A stretch of 64,000 nt of DNA, taken from positions 170,632 to 234,631 of the IMG/VR virus record IMGVR_UViG_3300029258_003221. One strand, given 5' to 3'. This document shows, piece after piece, positions 1-9,163 of the stretch. The notes under the pieces were generated by a model that worked only from the letters and a program-made list of their open reading frames with translations, was not told the origin of the DNA and searched no databases. The position numbers and the translations under genes are program-made. Numbering within the stretch: position 1 is the stretch's first letter; every line of letters begins with the position of its first letter.

Positions 1-222
1 TGGTTGAATTTCGGATGGCCAAAACTCTGGTTTATCGGGCCAAGTTGTCTTACAAATCTCTGACCAGACTCTGAGTATTGCTTGATAAAGCGGTTCTCCG
101 TCCTTCGGCTTGTGCCAGTTGTTGTAGTCAAGCACAAATCTGAATCGATCTTCTTCAAGAAGATAATAGACCGATTCAGTTCGTCCGTCGTTGTATTTAA
201 TTCGGGTTGTGTGTTGAATCAT
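1..222 (-). CDS. hypothetical protein (runs off window start)
   Basis: ATG at 222 overlaps the upstream stop; open frame MIQHTTRIKY... to the window edge. Confidence 0.7.
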   Translation of the reverse strand, partial: MIQHTTRIKYNDGRTESVYYLLEEDRFRFVLDYNNWHKPKDGEPLYQAILRVWSEICKTTWPDKPEFWPSEIQP

Positions 223-497
223 GCTTCACTCACAGGTGGGTTCCGTCTTGAGATAAGTCTCATTTCAGATATGTGGGTGTCACAAGTGACATCACCCCAC
301 CAAACCACATAACAATCGGGATCACCTTCCCGTGGTCCGTCTCCGTCAACAAAGGTCACATCAGGATTGTAATAATCAACATCGCTTCGTCTTCGGACTT
401 CGCCCAGTGTTCCCAACGGAACTTCCATGTCAGAATTAGGGTCTTCACTGACCAACCTTTGTGTGGCTTTGACGATATCGCCAATTTGGTATTGCAT
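219..497 (-). CDS. hypothetical protein
   Basis: 92-aa ORF in the packed minus-strand array. Confidence 0.75.
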   Translation of the reverse strand: MQYQIGDIVKATQRLVSEDPNSDMEVPLGTLGEVRRRSDVDYYNPDVTFVDGDGPREGDPDCYVVWWGDVTCDTHISEMRLISRRNPPVSEA

Positions 498-499
498 AT

Positions 500-736
500 T
501 TATCCCTCTGCTGGAAAACCCTGAGCCAACAAAACTTCAGCTACTTTTTTAGAGATCCTCAAGCCTTTGGATTCACCATCATGGTAAACGACATTAAGTC
601 GGCAACCATTGAATCCGGGCGGGAGACCCACTGTCACATGCTGCATTTTTGGAAGAATGCGAACGCCATCTGTGTGACAGGCATGTTCTGAGCTTGTTGA
701 AGGGAGGTTTTCATTCGGTTCAAACATTTGAAACAT
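500..736 (-). CDS. hypothetical protein
   Basis: 78-aa ORF with GGAG SD. Confidence 0.75.
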   Translation of the reverse strand: MFQMFEPNENLPSTSSEHACHTDGVRILPKMQHVTVGLPPGFNGCRLNVVYHDGESKGLRISKKVAEVLLAQGFPAEG

Positions 737-771
737 TTTTACTTCTCCAAAGGTAGAAGGGTGTCAAGAAA

Positions 772-1311
772 TTAAATTGCTACTTTGTCCCACCATTGAA
801 CATAAGTGCCATCAAGCATAGCGTTCCAGTCACGCCATGCAGCAGGATCAATTCTTTTGGACCATGCCATGCTTTCAGGTCCAGTTTTGAGAAAAGCCCG
901 GTACTTGGCGTAATTGTACTTCTCCTGTGCCAATTCCTCAACAGTTTTGTTGAGTGCTTTTTTGGCACCCTGTACTGAGATTGTGCAGGCCCGACTTTTC
1001 CAATTTGGATCAGCAAGATTGGTTTTAGATAATTCGATTTCTCGTTCAGCACGTTCAACAAAGTAATGCCAGACCTTTGCTTTATCGGCAGCTTGCTTAT
1101 CTGCTTCGGCAATTGCTTCACGAACTGTTCGGAATGCACCGATTGTTGACATTCCTTCACGGAGGACACAACGCTGATCTTCAGTCAGATGCCAGAGTTT
1201 ACGTTTGTCAGATAGTTTCGGTGTAATGATCGTGAAGTTTTCACATTCACTACGTCGAATGACGATCTCACAATTCTTTGTTTTCTCTTTCGCAGGCTGA
1301 CTGAATTTCAT
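772..1311 (-). CDS. hypothetical protein
   Basis: 179-aa ORF with GGAG SD. Confidence 0.8.
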   Translation of the reverse strand: MKFSQPAKEKTKNCEIVIRRSECENFTIITPKLSDKRKLWHLTEDQRCVLREGMSTIGAFRTVREAIAEADKQAADKAKVWHYFVERAEREIELSKTNLADPNWKSRACTISVQGAKKALNKTVEELAQEKYNYAKYRAFLKTGPESMAWSKRIDPAAWRDWNAMLDGTYVQWWDKVAI

Positions 1312-1339
1312 GTCAAAAGTTCTCCATTTGTTGCCAAGG

Positions 1340-1436
1340 GACCGGGTGCGAGCCGGACTGACTTCCCTACTCCCCCCCTGTCTGGGGGAGAGTCATCCCT
1401 ACCATAGTCAGCAATGGTCGCACTAAGGAAGCGGTC
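1340..1436 (-). ncRNA. candidate structured RNA (nested rod-like hairpin)
   Basis: nested stems GACCG/CGGTC, GTGCGA/TCGCAC, CTGACT/AGTCAG and 10-bp ACTCTCCCCC/GGGGGGGAGT; GC-rich intergenic with no ORF. Confidence 0.5.
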
Positions 1437-1651
1437 TATGCCTCATTCTCAGTGCTTAGGGTTTGTATCTTTTTCTGAATAGCTTCAACCACCTGATCCA
1501 TTGTTGGTGGAAGTGAGTCTTTGTGTTTTGTTGTTATGAAGGTGTCCACAGATGCAACCCATGTCTTCACAGTCCAACCTCCGGTTTGACCATCAGCTCG
1601 AAAGTGAACATCACCCACATTATCTCGTATCCAATCAGAGTGTTTCATCAC
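1436..1651 (-). CDS. hypothetical protein
   Basis: 71-aa ORF, ATGA overlap. Confidence 0.7.
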   Translation of the reverse strand: MMKHSDWIRDNVGDVHFRADGQTGGWTVKTWVASVDTFITTKHKDSLPPTMDQVVEAIQKKIQTLSTENEA

Positions 1652-1995
1652 TTTGCCTCTGGTTTCAAAATCACTTCAAAGTGCTTCAGAACATCTTTCA
1701 CCTTTTCAGGTGTCAAACCTGTCTTCTCAGCGACTTTGTTGATTCTTTTGTCATGAATTTCATTTAGGCTATTCATGTAGCCTTCATCAATGATGGTTTC
1801 AACATCAATGTCTTCTCCACCATATTCAGTTGGATGGTGAACAGAAGATGAATTCATCCACTGTTGAACTCCAGCATCACAAAGTGTTTTACCCATATTC
1901 AGACAACCCTCACGAGTGCAAGGGAATACCAGCTCAGGTTCACCACAATGGATTTTACCATCTTCAACGTCAAGGTAAGAAAACATATCACTCAT
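1648..1995 (-). CDS. hypothetical protein
   Basis: 115-aa ORF. Confidence 0.75.
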   Translation of the reverse strand: MSDMFSYLDVEDGKIHCGEPELVFPCTREGCLNMGKTLCDAGVQQWMNSSSVHHPTEYGGEDIDVETIIDEGYMNSLNEIHDKRINKVAEKTGLTPEKVKDVLKHFEVILKPEAK

Positions 1996-2004
1996 ATCAC
2001 TATC

Positions 2005-2562
2005 CTAATCCCGTGTTTGTTCTGAGACATATACGTGGGCACGTCGCCCAACGATGATGCGTTCGTTCTTTCCCGGAAATCTCAACGGAGGATGTGTTTC
2101 GTGAAAGATGAACTGCTTGTCATGATCTATCAGGTGTCCTTGAGGAAGTTCAGGGAACTTCGGTCCACGACCTTTAACAAGGGCAATGTCCCCCTGTCGC
2201 TGAACGATGTTGTTTGCTCGACCATTCCAAATCCATTGAAGAGCCGAAAACACTTGTCTACAATCAGAGGGAACACAATGTGAAAAGTAAGTCCCTGCCT
2301 CGTTTCTCCCAACGAGAAATACAGACTGTGAATGGTGAGGGCCGAACTTATAACTTCTGGCATAAATCCTCTTGCGATGAACGGCAATGAGACCTAACCC
2401 TGCGCCGCCCATATCACAAAATGGTGCCGACTCCGCTTTCTTGGGGGCAACAAAGTCAAGAGCCTTGGTTGTGTGATAATCACCCTTTGCACTTCCATGT
2501 TCATCATAGAATTGTTCTGCAAGACGAGCCAGCTTTAGTGTCCGTTGAACAGCAGTTGCCAT
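2005..2562 (-). CDS. hypothetical protein with RQGD motif (paralogous domain in 12349..13488)
   Basis: FLVGRNEAGTYF...QRQGDIALV aligns with YLIGQDE-GTYF...LRQGEWFFV. Confidence 0.75.
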   Translation of the reverse strand: MATAVQRTLKLARLAEQFYDEHGSAKGDYHTTKALDFVAPKKAESAPFCDMGGAGLGLIAVHRKRIYARSYKFGPHHSQSVFLVGRNEAGTYFSHCVPSDCRQVFSALQWIWNGRANNIVQRQGDIALVKGRGPKFPELPQGHLIDHDKQFIFHETHPPLRFPGKNERIIVGRRAHVYVSEQTRD

Positions 2563-2612
2563 GATATTTCCTTAGACAAAAATTTTGATTAGTCACTGAA
2601 TGATGATTTCCA

Positions 2613-2849
2613 TCATTCTCTTGACAAAATGAGATCCGTTCCATCATCCACCAATACGGTGTCTTTGCCATACTTAGCTTGGAGTCGTTCTTTAACTTCA
2701 TCAAAGTCTAAGTGAACACACATCTCTGCGGTAAATCCACCAGTGTAGCCAGTAACGAACTGGTATTTCCCATTGTTTCTGTAGTCAGGAGTAATCCGGG
2801 TCAATTCGCCGCCGAATAGACGGTCCATCGTGAGTTGTCTTTCACTCAT
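2613..2849 (-). CDS. hypothetical protein
   Basis: start moved to ATG 2849 (MSERQL...) after GGAG SD, which avoids overlap with the upstream gene. Confidence 0.7.
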   Translation of the reverse strand: MSERQLTMDRLFGGELTRITPDYRNNGKYQFVTGYTGGFTAEMCVHLDFDEVKERLQAKYGKDTVLVDDGTDLILSRE

Positions 2850-2850
2850 A

Positions 2851-3438
2851 TCACTCTCCAAGAATGAGCATTTTGTTGTCGATAGGAATAAATCCGGGAA
2901 TACCAACATCTTCAGCAACCCACCTGTAAATGGGTTCTGCCAGATTTCCCAGATGGTGAAGAGGCTGACTGGCAATCCAGCCAACACGTTGAGCACACAG
3001 GGTGTCATCATCTGTTTCAAACACAGACTGACAGTATGCTTTAACTGGCCCTTCAGGCAGCTTGTATTGATTTTGTTCCGGTGCGTGTGGTGGTGGAGGG
3101 AGCATGAATACTTCTTTCAGCCTATTACTTCCAAAGTCGTAGTTGGTATTGTTGGCTGTGTCCACAAAGATGTAGGGTTCAACATCCTCAAAGACCCATC
3201 GTGTAGGATCAACAAGGGTGTCCCCATCGATGATCCAACCATGATGATGAAACTCAAACCTGCCAAATCGGGAAGTTGGAGCAATCGGCCCACAATACTG
3301 ACCATAGACTGCCTTGCCGGGAATCAACTTGTGTTTGACCAGTTGACAGGCAATGCCGTAGCAATTGCCTGCCCACTCATCTAATGGCCAGCCGATAAAC
3401 TCAGCAGCTTTAGCTGGATTCAATGGGTGCTTTGACAT
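2851..3438 (-). CDS. hypothetical protein
   Basis: 195-aa ORF. Confidence 0.8.
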   Translation of the reverse strand: MSKHPLNPAKAAEFIGWPLDEWAGNCYGIACQLVKHKLIPGKAVYGQYCGPIAPTSRFGRFEFHHHGWIIDGDTLVDPTRWVFEDVEPYIFVDTANNTNYDFGSNRLKEVFMLPPPPHAPEQNQYKLPEGPVKAYCQSVFETDDDTLCAQRVGWIASQPLHHLGNLAEPIYRWVAEDVGIPGFIPIDNKMLILGE

Positions 3439-3441
3439 AAC

Positions 3442-3624
3442 TCAGATTCCATCTTCTTTTAGAGTTTCGTAATCTTTTCGCAAATTTTCTGCGTCTGTTT
3501 CAAAACCGTTTTTCAACGATGGAACTTTGAACTTGCGTCTTTGTTTTGGAGGAAACAACGTAAATGTTGCCATGCCCTCCATAATCGAAGCCATGCCTTT
3601 GAGGATGAACCGAAACCAATTCAT
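3442..3624 (-). CDS. hypothetical protein
   Basis: 60-aa ORF, ATGA overlap. Confidence 0.6.
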   Translation of the reverse strand: MNWFRFILKGMASIMEGMATFTLFPPKQRRKFKVPSLKNGFETDAENLRKDYETLKEDGI

Positions 3625-4208
3625 GCAATTGCCTTGCCGTCATGAAGTTGTTGAACATGAGCAGCAAATCGGAACTGATAATCATCAACCTGAATCAGAA
3701 CCAGATCAGCCGGGTTTTCAGCACTGTCGGCACAATACTTTTCACCCAAACAAAGTTCAGCATACTTTTCAGCAACTTGTTCGTCGTTCAACTTAGTGAT
3801 ATTGGGAATGAAAGAATCCAATTTTCCACAACGAACAACCTCAAGAGTGTTCTGTGGATCGTTGACAAGAACATCTCGCCAAAACTCAACCAACTCTGTT
3901 TTTGCCTGAGTAAGTGTGAGGATCTTGGTGTTTTTGAAGGATCGTCTTTCCTGAGCTTTCAGGAATTCATCCCAATTGTCGTAGTCTTCCAGTTCGATCT
4001 GGAAGGGGCCATCCCAGTCACGTATCCACTGAGGGGTGCAACCTTCGTTACGAAGAGCATTACGCCGCTCATGTTCTTCGTGAAAATCGAAGTCGATAAC
4101 ATTGACTGGCACAGACCAGATCAGGCATCTGTCGCCACCGGGGGAGACAATAGCCTTGTTTTCGGTCTCCCATGCTTGGGGAATGAATCGAAGTCGGATG
4201 GTGTTCAT
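3621..4208 (-). CDS. hypothetical protein
   Basis: 195-aa ORF. Confidence 0.8.
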   Translation of the reverse strand: MNTIRLRFIPQAWETENKAIVSPGGDRCLIWSVPVNVIDFDFHEEHERRNALRNEGCTPQWIRDWDGPFQIELEDYDNWDEFLKAQERRSFKNTKILTLTQAKTELVEFWRDVLVNDPQNTLEVVRCGKLDSFIPNITKLNDEQVAEKYAELCLGEKYCADSAENPADLVLIQVDDYQFRFAAHVQQLHDGKAIA

Positions 4209-4260
4209 GTTAATTTATCCTTTTGATAAAAGTGATTCGATGTTTGTTAGATGGGTGTCA

Positions 4261-4533
4261 TCAATAGTCGCTGGGCATCAAAATCGTAGTCACGCTTCGA
4301 TCCCATTCTGTGATGATCCATAGAGTGCCACCACTGGTATCAAAAGATGACATGACACGTGACCCATTTTCAAGAGCAGCATCGTTTAGCTTGATATCGC
4401 CTGTACTTTGATTGCCCCAATCACCAGCAAAATGACGATTGAGAAGTTCCCTTCCATCAATGCTGTGTTCTTCCATGAAGTCAACAGCATTGGATGTTGC
4501 CACAGTTTGTTCGGATGTGAATTTTGGAATCAT
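4261..4533 (-). CDS. conserved plasmid/phage small protein (RH..GDWG...WIITE.DRS.TTIL.P.DY family)
   Basis: LLNRHFAGDWG...LWIITEWDRSVTTILMPSDY matches a widespread mobile-element family of unknown function. Confidence 0.8.
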   Translation of the reverse strand: MIPKFTSEQTVATSNAVDFMEEHSIDGRELLNRHFAGDWGNQSTGDIKLNDAALENGSRVMSSFDTSGGTLWIITEWDRSVTTILMPSDY

Positions 4534-4590
4534 GCTGCTTTTTCCGCTGCTTTAGTTCTTTCAAGTCGGTGAAAAACTTTGATGTGCATT

Positions 4591-4848
4591 TTAGTTCACC
4601 AAAATAGCGTTACAGAAATTGAGAGCAACTCGTTGTTGGGTGTCCGTTTCCGGTGCATGGTAGTCAACAACAAGAAATTCATCCTTGCCATCAAACTCTG
4701 GTCCTTTGACCTTGCAGACCTTTGGTGCAATGCTGGTGACTTTACCAACCATACCGGGCTGGAACACGATTTTGGGAGTGATCCCATAACCGCTGTAATA
4801 TCCTTCCACGGGCAGCTTGCATGTCACTTTGTCACCAACACCAATCAT
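4591..4848 (-). CDS. hypothetical protein
   Basis: 85-aa ORF. Confidence 0.7.
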   Translation of the reverse strand: MIGVGDKVTCKLPVEGYYSGYGITPKIVFQPGMVGKVTSIAPKVCKVKGPEFDGKDEFLVVDYHAPETDTQQRVALNFCNAILVN

Positions 4849-5351
4849 TATTCTGCCTTTATCAAAGTTTTGATGTCATCGGGAACGTGCTGGATTTCTT
4901 CATCAATCCAAACAGACAATGACCATTCAGGCATTGTCGCTTTCACGTATTCTTCATAGGTGTCGTAACTGTTCGTTTTAGGCTTTGTTTCACCAACACC
5001 ATCATCGATGATTCTGGCATCAAAATGAACAGCCAGTGGTTCCCTTAGCTCACGTTCAACCCACCATAGAAAATTCCAGTTGTGACCATGCTGGAATTCA
5101 ATACAGGGCATCTCTGTGTAATCCTCAGCTTCCTGATATTCTTCATCAGGATTGAATGTCTTGCCTGTCCAGAACTGGAGAGCGATATGCTGTTCCAGCT
5201 TGTGTCGGAGGGTCCAGATTGTATAGGTTGGTTTCTCGTGACGAACCAACATGAATTGAGGGAACTTCTTACGAACGATGCCCTCGATGAATGAGTGAAT
5301 TTCATCATCAGAGGGCATCGTTTTTGGAATCACAGCAGCAAGATTTGCCAT
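4848..5351 (-). CDS. hypothetical protein
   Basis: 167-aa ORF. Confidence 0.8.
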   Translation of the reverse strand: MANLAAVIPKTMPSDDEIHSFIEGIVRKKFPQFMLVRHEKPTYTIWTLRHKLEQHIALQFWTGKTFNPDEEYQEAEDYTEMPCIEFQHGHNWNFLWWVERELREPLAVHFDARIIDDGVGETKPKTNSYDTYEEYVKATMPEWSLSVWIDEEIQHVPDDIKTLIKAE

Positions 5352-6119
5352 TTAGATATTCAGATCGAAGCCTGAAAACTCCTCAGAGTAAACTTCGTTT
5401 CCGTCCTTTCCTTCTTTTTCCTGTTCGGCGAGATACTGATCTCGTGCCCAGATGACGAACCAACTCTGAGCAATATCGGTCAGTCTCATCTCAAAGTAGT
5501 TCTCACCGTCGATGACAAAACTCACCAGTCGCTTTTTGACCTTAGCAATTCGTTCATCATCAACGAACTCATTACCTTTCATCTGGGTGTCAACAACTTG
5601 TTCCAAGGTGTTCTTGACGGCTTCTCGGAACTCTTCGTTATCGCCGTAATCACGGTCGTGACAAGCATTGTGAACAACCTGACCTGCCAATGGCAAAGAA
5701 TCCAACAGGTCACCATAACCATCGTCACCTTTGTCCTCGACCACATTAAACAGAGGCTTGTACAAAGCTCGTTTGTAATGCTCCCATGTCTTAGCGAAGC
5801 GAAGTGCTTCATCAAAGGTGTAGGGGCATTCTTCGTAGCGATAGCCGCCTCTGGAATCCCAGACCTGAACCTTGCCAGCAGCACTCTGCACTCGGAAAAA
5901 CTCTGAGATAGCATCCTTTGCTGCATCCTGTCGGGTGATTCGTTCGACAACGAGCGGTCGGAAATACTTCTCAAGGATTTCCCAAAACCGATCACCATCC
6001 AACACAGGCAGTTCTTCCATGTAGTGGCGAAAGGCTTTACCAAACTTGGCACCGACACGGTTGTATTCCAGTGCCAGTTCCTGTGCATCGATTGTTTCCA
6101 TATCAAACAGTTTGGTCAT
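5352..6119 (-). CDS. hypothetical protein
   Basis: 255-aa ORF. Confidence 0.8.
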   Translation of the reverse strand: MTKLFDMETIDAQELALEYNRVGAKFGKAFRHYMEELPVLDGDRFWEILEKYFRPLVVERITRQDAAKDAISEFFRVQSAAGKVQVWDSRGGYRYEECPYTFDEALRFAKTWEHYKRALYKPLFNVVEDKGDDGYGDLLDSLPLAGQVVHNACHDRDYGDNEEFREAVKNTLEQVVDTQMKGNEFVDDERIAKVKKRLVSFVIDGENYFEMRLTDIAQSWFVIWARDQYLAEQEKEGKDGNEVYSEEFSGFDLNI

Positions 6120-7089
6120 TGTTTTCCTCTCTTAGTTTGAATCGTGAATAGATGAATTCGCTGCCACTAAGCTTTTCATAATCAGGAAAATCATAGTAGT
6201 GCTCGAAATCCCAAGTGCCATGAGGAACATTCAGCTTCACAGTGTCCTGTTTGCTCTTCACTTCCTTGTACCGGGTGTCACCAATAGTATTGAGATCAGC
6301 GGCTTCCCATCGCCAGACATCAAGACAAAGTTCGCCAATCTTCTCATGCCCTTCAATCAGTCCGTATTCTTCCTTTTGATCTTCTGTAAGATCATTATAT
6401 TCCTCTTGAGACATATTATCGAAGATTTGATCCTGTTTGTAACAACACCCCATAATAATTGATGTAGAGTCATTAGGGTGCGTATAGATACCAACACTCA
6501 TGTTGCCCATTTGACCACAGGCTACATTTTGATCGGCTTTGTATTTTGTGACATTGATTCGGCCACGGATTGCGTTAAGAGACCAATCCTCAGTGTATTT
6601 CTTGTCCTTCGGACAATCATCAACGATTCTGAAAATGTTAGCAAATATCAACGGACTCTGAACATTGATGCTGCCAGTGAGTGGTCTTGGCTCATGCAAT
6701 TCACAAAGGGTGTCTAAAGGCACCTTCAGATGCTCTCTCTTTTCTGGATCGAAGTAACCACGAAGAGTCAATCTATCGCCATCAAAAACCCATTTGAGAT
6801 GACGCCCACAGTTAAAGCAAAAAACGCCATCTGAAGCCCAGTTTTCCTTAACTTCATCTCCCTCTTGCACCTGCTTGTCTAAAAGAAGCTGATAGTGTGA
6901 ACGCATCTGAGCATCAGATACATTTCTCCAATTGCCATCATTAGATCCATTTGCTAAAGCTACAGTGTCATCACAGTCTTCAATGAACCGCAATGGATTG
7001 ATGTTGTGACCTTGGGTGTCAAGAACAATAGAACCATCCTTGACTTTCTCAGCTATTTCCTGAAACCTCATACAAGCCTCGCTTTTCAT
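6103..7089 (-). CDS. hypothetical protein (CxxC-containing)
   Basis: ~328-aa ORF with FCFNCG; start set at ATG 7089. Confidence 0.8.
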   Translation of the reverse strand: MKSEACMRFQEIAEKVKDGSIVLDTQGHNINPLRFIEDCDDTVALANGSNDGNWRNVSDAQMRSHYQLLLDKQVQEGDEVKENWASDGVFCFNCGRHLKWVFDGDRLTLRGYFDPEKREHLKVPLDTLCELHEPRPLTGSINVQSPLIFANIFRIVDDCPKDKKYTEDWSLNAIRGRINVTKYKADQNVACGQMGNMSVGIYTHPNDSTSIIMGCCYKQDQIFDNMSQEEYNDLTEDQKEEYGLIEGHEKIGELCLDVWRWEAADLNTIGDTRYKEVKSKQDTVKLNVPHGTWDFEHYYDFPDYEKLSGSEFIYSRFKLREENNDQTV

Positions 7090-7097
7090 TTTCCATG

Positions 7098-7619
7098 TTA
7101 CCAATCCTCGTGATAGTCGTAATCACATTCGAGTTCAATGTCGTGAATCTGATCAGTGTAGAAGTCAAACAACTGCTCACCGACCTCCTTTGTCAGTTGA
7201 AGGGTGTCCCCATCGCATGTCGTGACATACGCATCGTCATACAATCTCTCATCATCCCCTTCTGGTGGATAACCTAGATTATCTGGACCACCATACATAC
7301 TTCCGGGATCGTTGAACCCGGAACTCAGAAAGTCGATGGTCAGTTCACCTTCAACAACAGGTGTGTGACAACGAAGTAGAGAGTTGGCGAGTCGCCTAAT
7401 CCAACTTTTGGATTGGAGGCAAGGTGACACAAAGTTGATTTCATTCCCATCAACATCGAACACCTTACCGTTGCCAATCATAGTGATTTCGATATTGAAC
7501 TGTCCCGATACGTTACGCCATTGAGTTTTCATCTTCCTGTCCTTTCGTAGTAGGATAGGATTGTATTGGGTGTCTTGTTTTAGGAACAGTTCTATTGTTG
7601 ATGGCATAAACTCACCCAT
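7098..7619 (-). CDS. hypothetical protein
   Basis: 173-aa ORF. Confidence 0.75.
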   Translation of the reverse strand: MGEFMPSTIELFLKQDTQYNPILLRKDRKMKTQWRNVSGQFNIEITMIGNGKVFDVDGNEINFVSPCLQSKSWIRRLANSLLRCHTPVVEGELTIDFLSSGFNDPGSMYGGPDNLGYPPEGDDERLYDDAYVTTCDGDTLQLTKEVGEQLFDFYTDQIHDIELECDYDYHEDW

Positions 7620-8238
7620 TAGGGTGATAGATGACTTGAAGAGCCTCCAGAATCTGTGTGCCTGTCAGTACGTCACCATAGTTTGCTCCGGTGACTTCAC
7701 GAAAAGACTTACAAGACCCTGATTCGTATCGTTCGCCCCATACTTTGAGTTCATATTGTGACTCTTTGCCCCAAATAGGACTTTCAGCAAGACTAAACTT
7801 ACCATTTCCTTCAAGAGAAATCACTTCAAACATATACAAAAATATACCATCGCCTGAGACAGCAACATAATTGTCGCCCAACTCATAACGAATAGCAGAA
7901 GCACATGGATAGGAGATTGACCAAATGCCAATCTTCTCAGAAGTAGAGATCGTCTCGTGCCACTGTTTCAGGATTGATGGATAATTGTTTACCCTTTCTT
8001 TGAACCACTTATCGTGGTCATCCATTCTTTGTTTGAAAGCAAGTTCTTTTTTGGCACTCAACCCAAAGTCTGGATCATCTTTGAGTTGTTCCAGAAGATC
8101 ATAGCGATCTGCCAAACCAAGTTGATCTGTGATTTCTTCAACGAAATCTTGAGGCGTTCCAGCAAGGTCCATGACTTTCTGTAAAGTCAAAGATTCGTCG
8201 CTGTAAATCGCATCAATAAATTCTTGGTTCAACTCCAT
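7612..8238 (-). CDS. hypothetical protein
   Basis: 208-aa ORF. Confidence 0.8.
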   Translation of the reverse strand: MELNQEFIDAIYSDESLTLQKVMDLAGTPQDFVEEITDQLGLADRYDLLEQLKDDPDFGLSAKKELAFKQRMDDHDKWFKERVNNYPSILKQWHETISTSEKIGIWSISYPCASAIRYELGDNYVAVSGDGIFLYMFEVISLEGNGKFSLAESPIWGKESQYELKVWGERYESGSCKSFREVTGANYGDVLTGTQILEALQVIYHPNG

Positions 8239-8266
8239 TTTTCAACTCCATTTTTCAACTCCAAAA
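8228..8266 (-). repeat. 13-bp tandem repeat x3 spanning SD and start codon
   Basis: TTCAACTCCATTT, TTCAACTCCATTT, TTCAACTCCAAAA on +. Confidence 0.9.
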
Positions 8267-8451
8267 ATGACACTGGCAGGACTGGTTACCTGCAATGCTT
8301 CTGGTGGACGTAGCTATCGTCATGTATATACCCTCCAGCTCCGCCTGTCATTGACGTTCTGGATTGTGGGGCAGCGACCCCCTTTGCACCTCCACAAACC
8401 TCTTCTCTGGATTTCTCCTCCAAGTGCGTTAGGTTTCCGCCACAGTGTCAT
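8267..8451 (-). ncRNA. candidate ~185-nt multibranch structured RNA
   Basis: 9-bp closing stem ATGACACTG/CAGTGTCAT; internal stems GGTTTGTGG/CCACAATCC, GCAGG/CCTGC, TGGA/TCCA, GACG/CGTC; followed by T-run. Confidence 0.55.
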
Positions 8452-8458
8452 GTACGCA

Positions 8459-8702
8459 TTATGTCGAATGAACGATTGCGATGCAACCCTCTCCGATCTC
8501 CATCACCCCATCATCAAGGGCAATTTCCAATTCATCTTCAGTCACATCAGGATTAACTGAACGGCACCACTGTCGAAACAGTGCTTGTGCCACCTGCACG
8601 TTTTCCGGGGTGTCCTCATAGGACACAAGTTCATCGATCAAAAAAATTCTCACTGTTCCTACAGTCAATAACATTGACTGTGCTGATTCGCTTGGCTGTC
8701 AC
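8459..8702 (-). pseudogene. small gene frameshifted at a T7 run (or programmed slippage)
   Basis: AGGAG + GTG at 8702 reads VTAKRISTVNVIDCRNSENFFDR*; one T fewer joins the 8459..8674 frame (ENFLIDELVSYEDTPEN...). Confidence 0.55.
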
Positions 8703-8755
8703 TTGATTGTCTCCTGATTCACTTCTTGGATTGAGAGCAATATCCCACAAAACAT

Positions 8756-9163
8756 TCATGAAACGATCTCCTGAACTCGTCTACCTGAAACAAGGTAGTC
8801 TTTCTTGTAGTAACGGACATACTGTCGTCGGTTATGACGAACACGCTGGTCTGCAATTTTGATGAGTGATTGCAGTTCGTTGATTCTATCTGAATCAATT
8901 TCAAACTCAATATGACAACCACCCATCATCAAACCAGAAGTTGCCTCAACTCGTATGCCATGTTCTTTAAGAACTTCATCCCGAAACATGGCTTCCAGCA
9001 TGTTGTCAACTGATTCAGTAGTGGGTGTTCTTGTTTTGGCAATACGATCACCTTGGAATGATGAACCAAGCTCCGTATACACCACATCCACGTCGGATTC
9101 AGGCCAAATCACATGCAGCTTGAAACCGATGTTGCCGAGTGTTGTTTGAACTGGTTTAGTCAT
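8756..9163 (-). CDS. hypothetical protein
   Basis: ATGA overlap start at 9163. Confidence 0.75.
   Translation of the reverse strand: MTKPVQTTLGNIGFKLHVIWPESDVDVVYTELGSSFQGDRIAKTRTPTTESVDNMLEAMFRDEVLKEHGIRVEATSGLMMGGCHIEFEIDSDRINELQSLIKIADQRVRHNRRQYVRYYKKDYLVSGRRVQEIVS

Noticed and set aside
1340-1436. TPP riboswitch (GACUC...GUAGGGAAGUC resemblance)
   Set aside because: Only the P1/3' tail resembles TPP; the CUGAGA and P4/P5 cores are absent.
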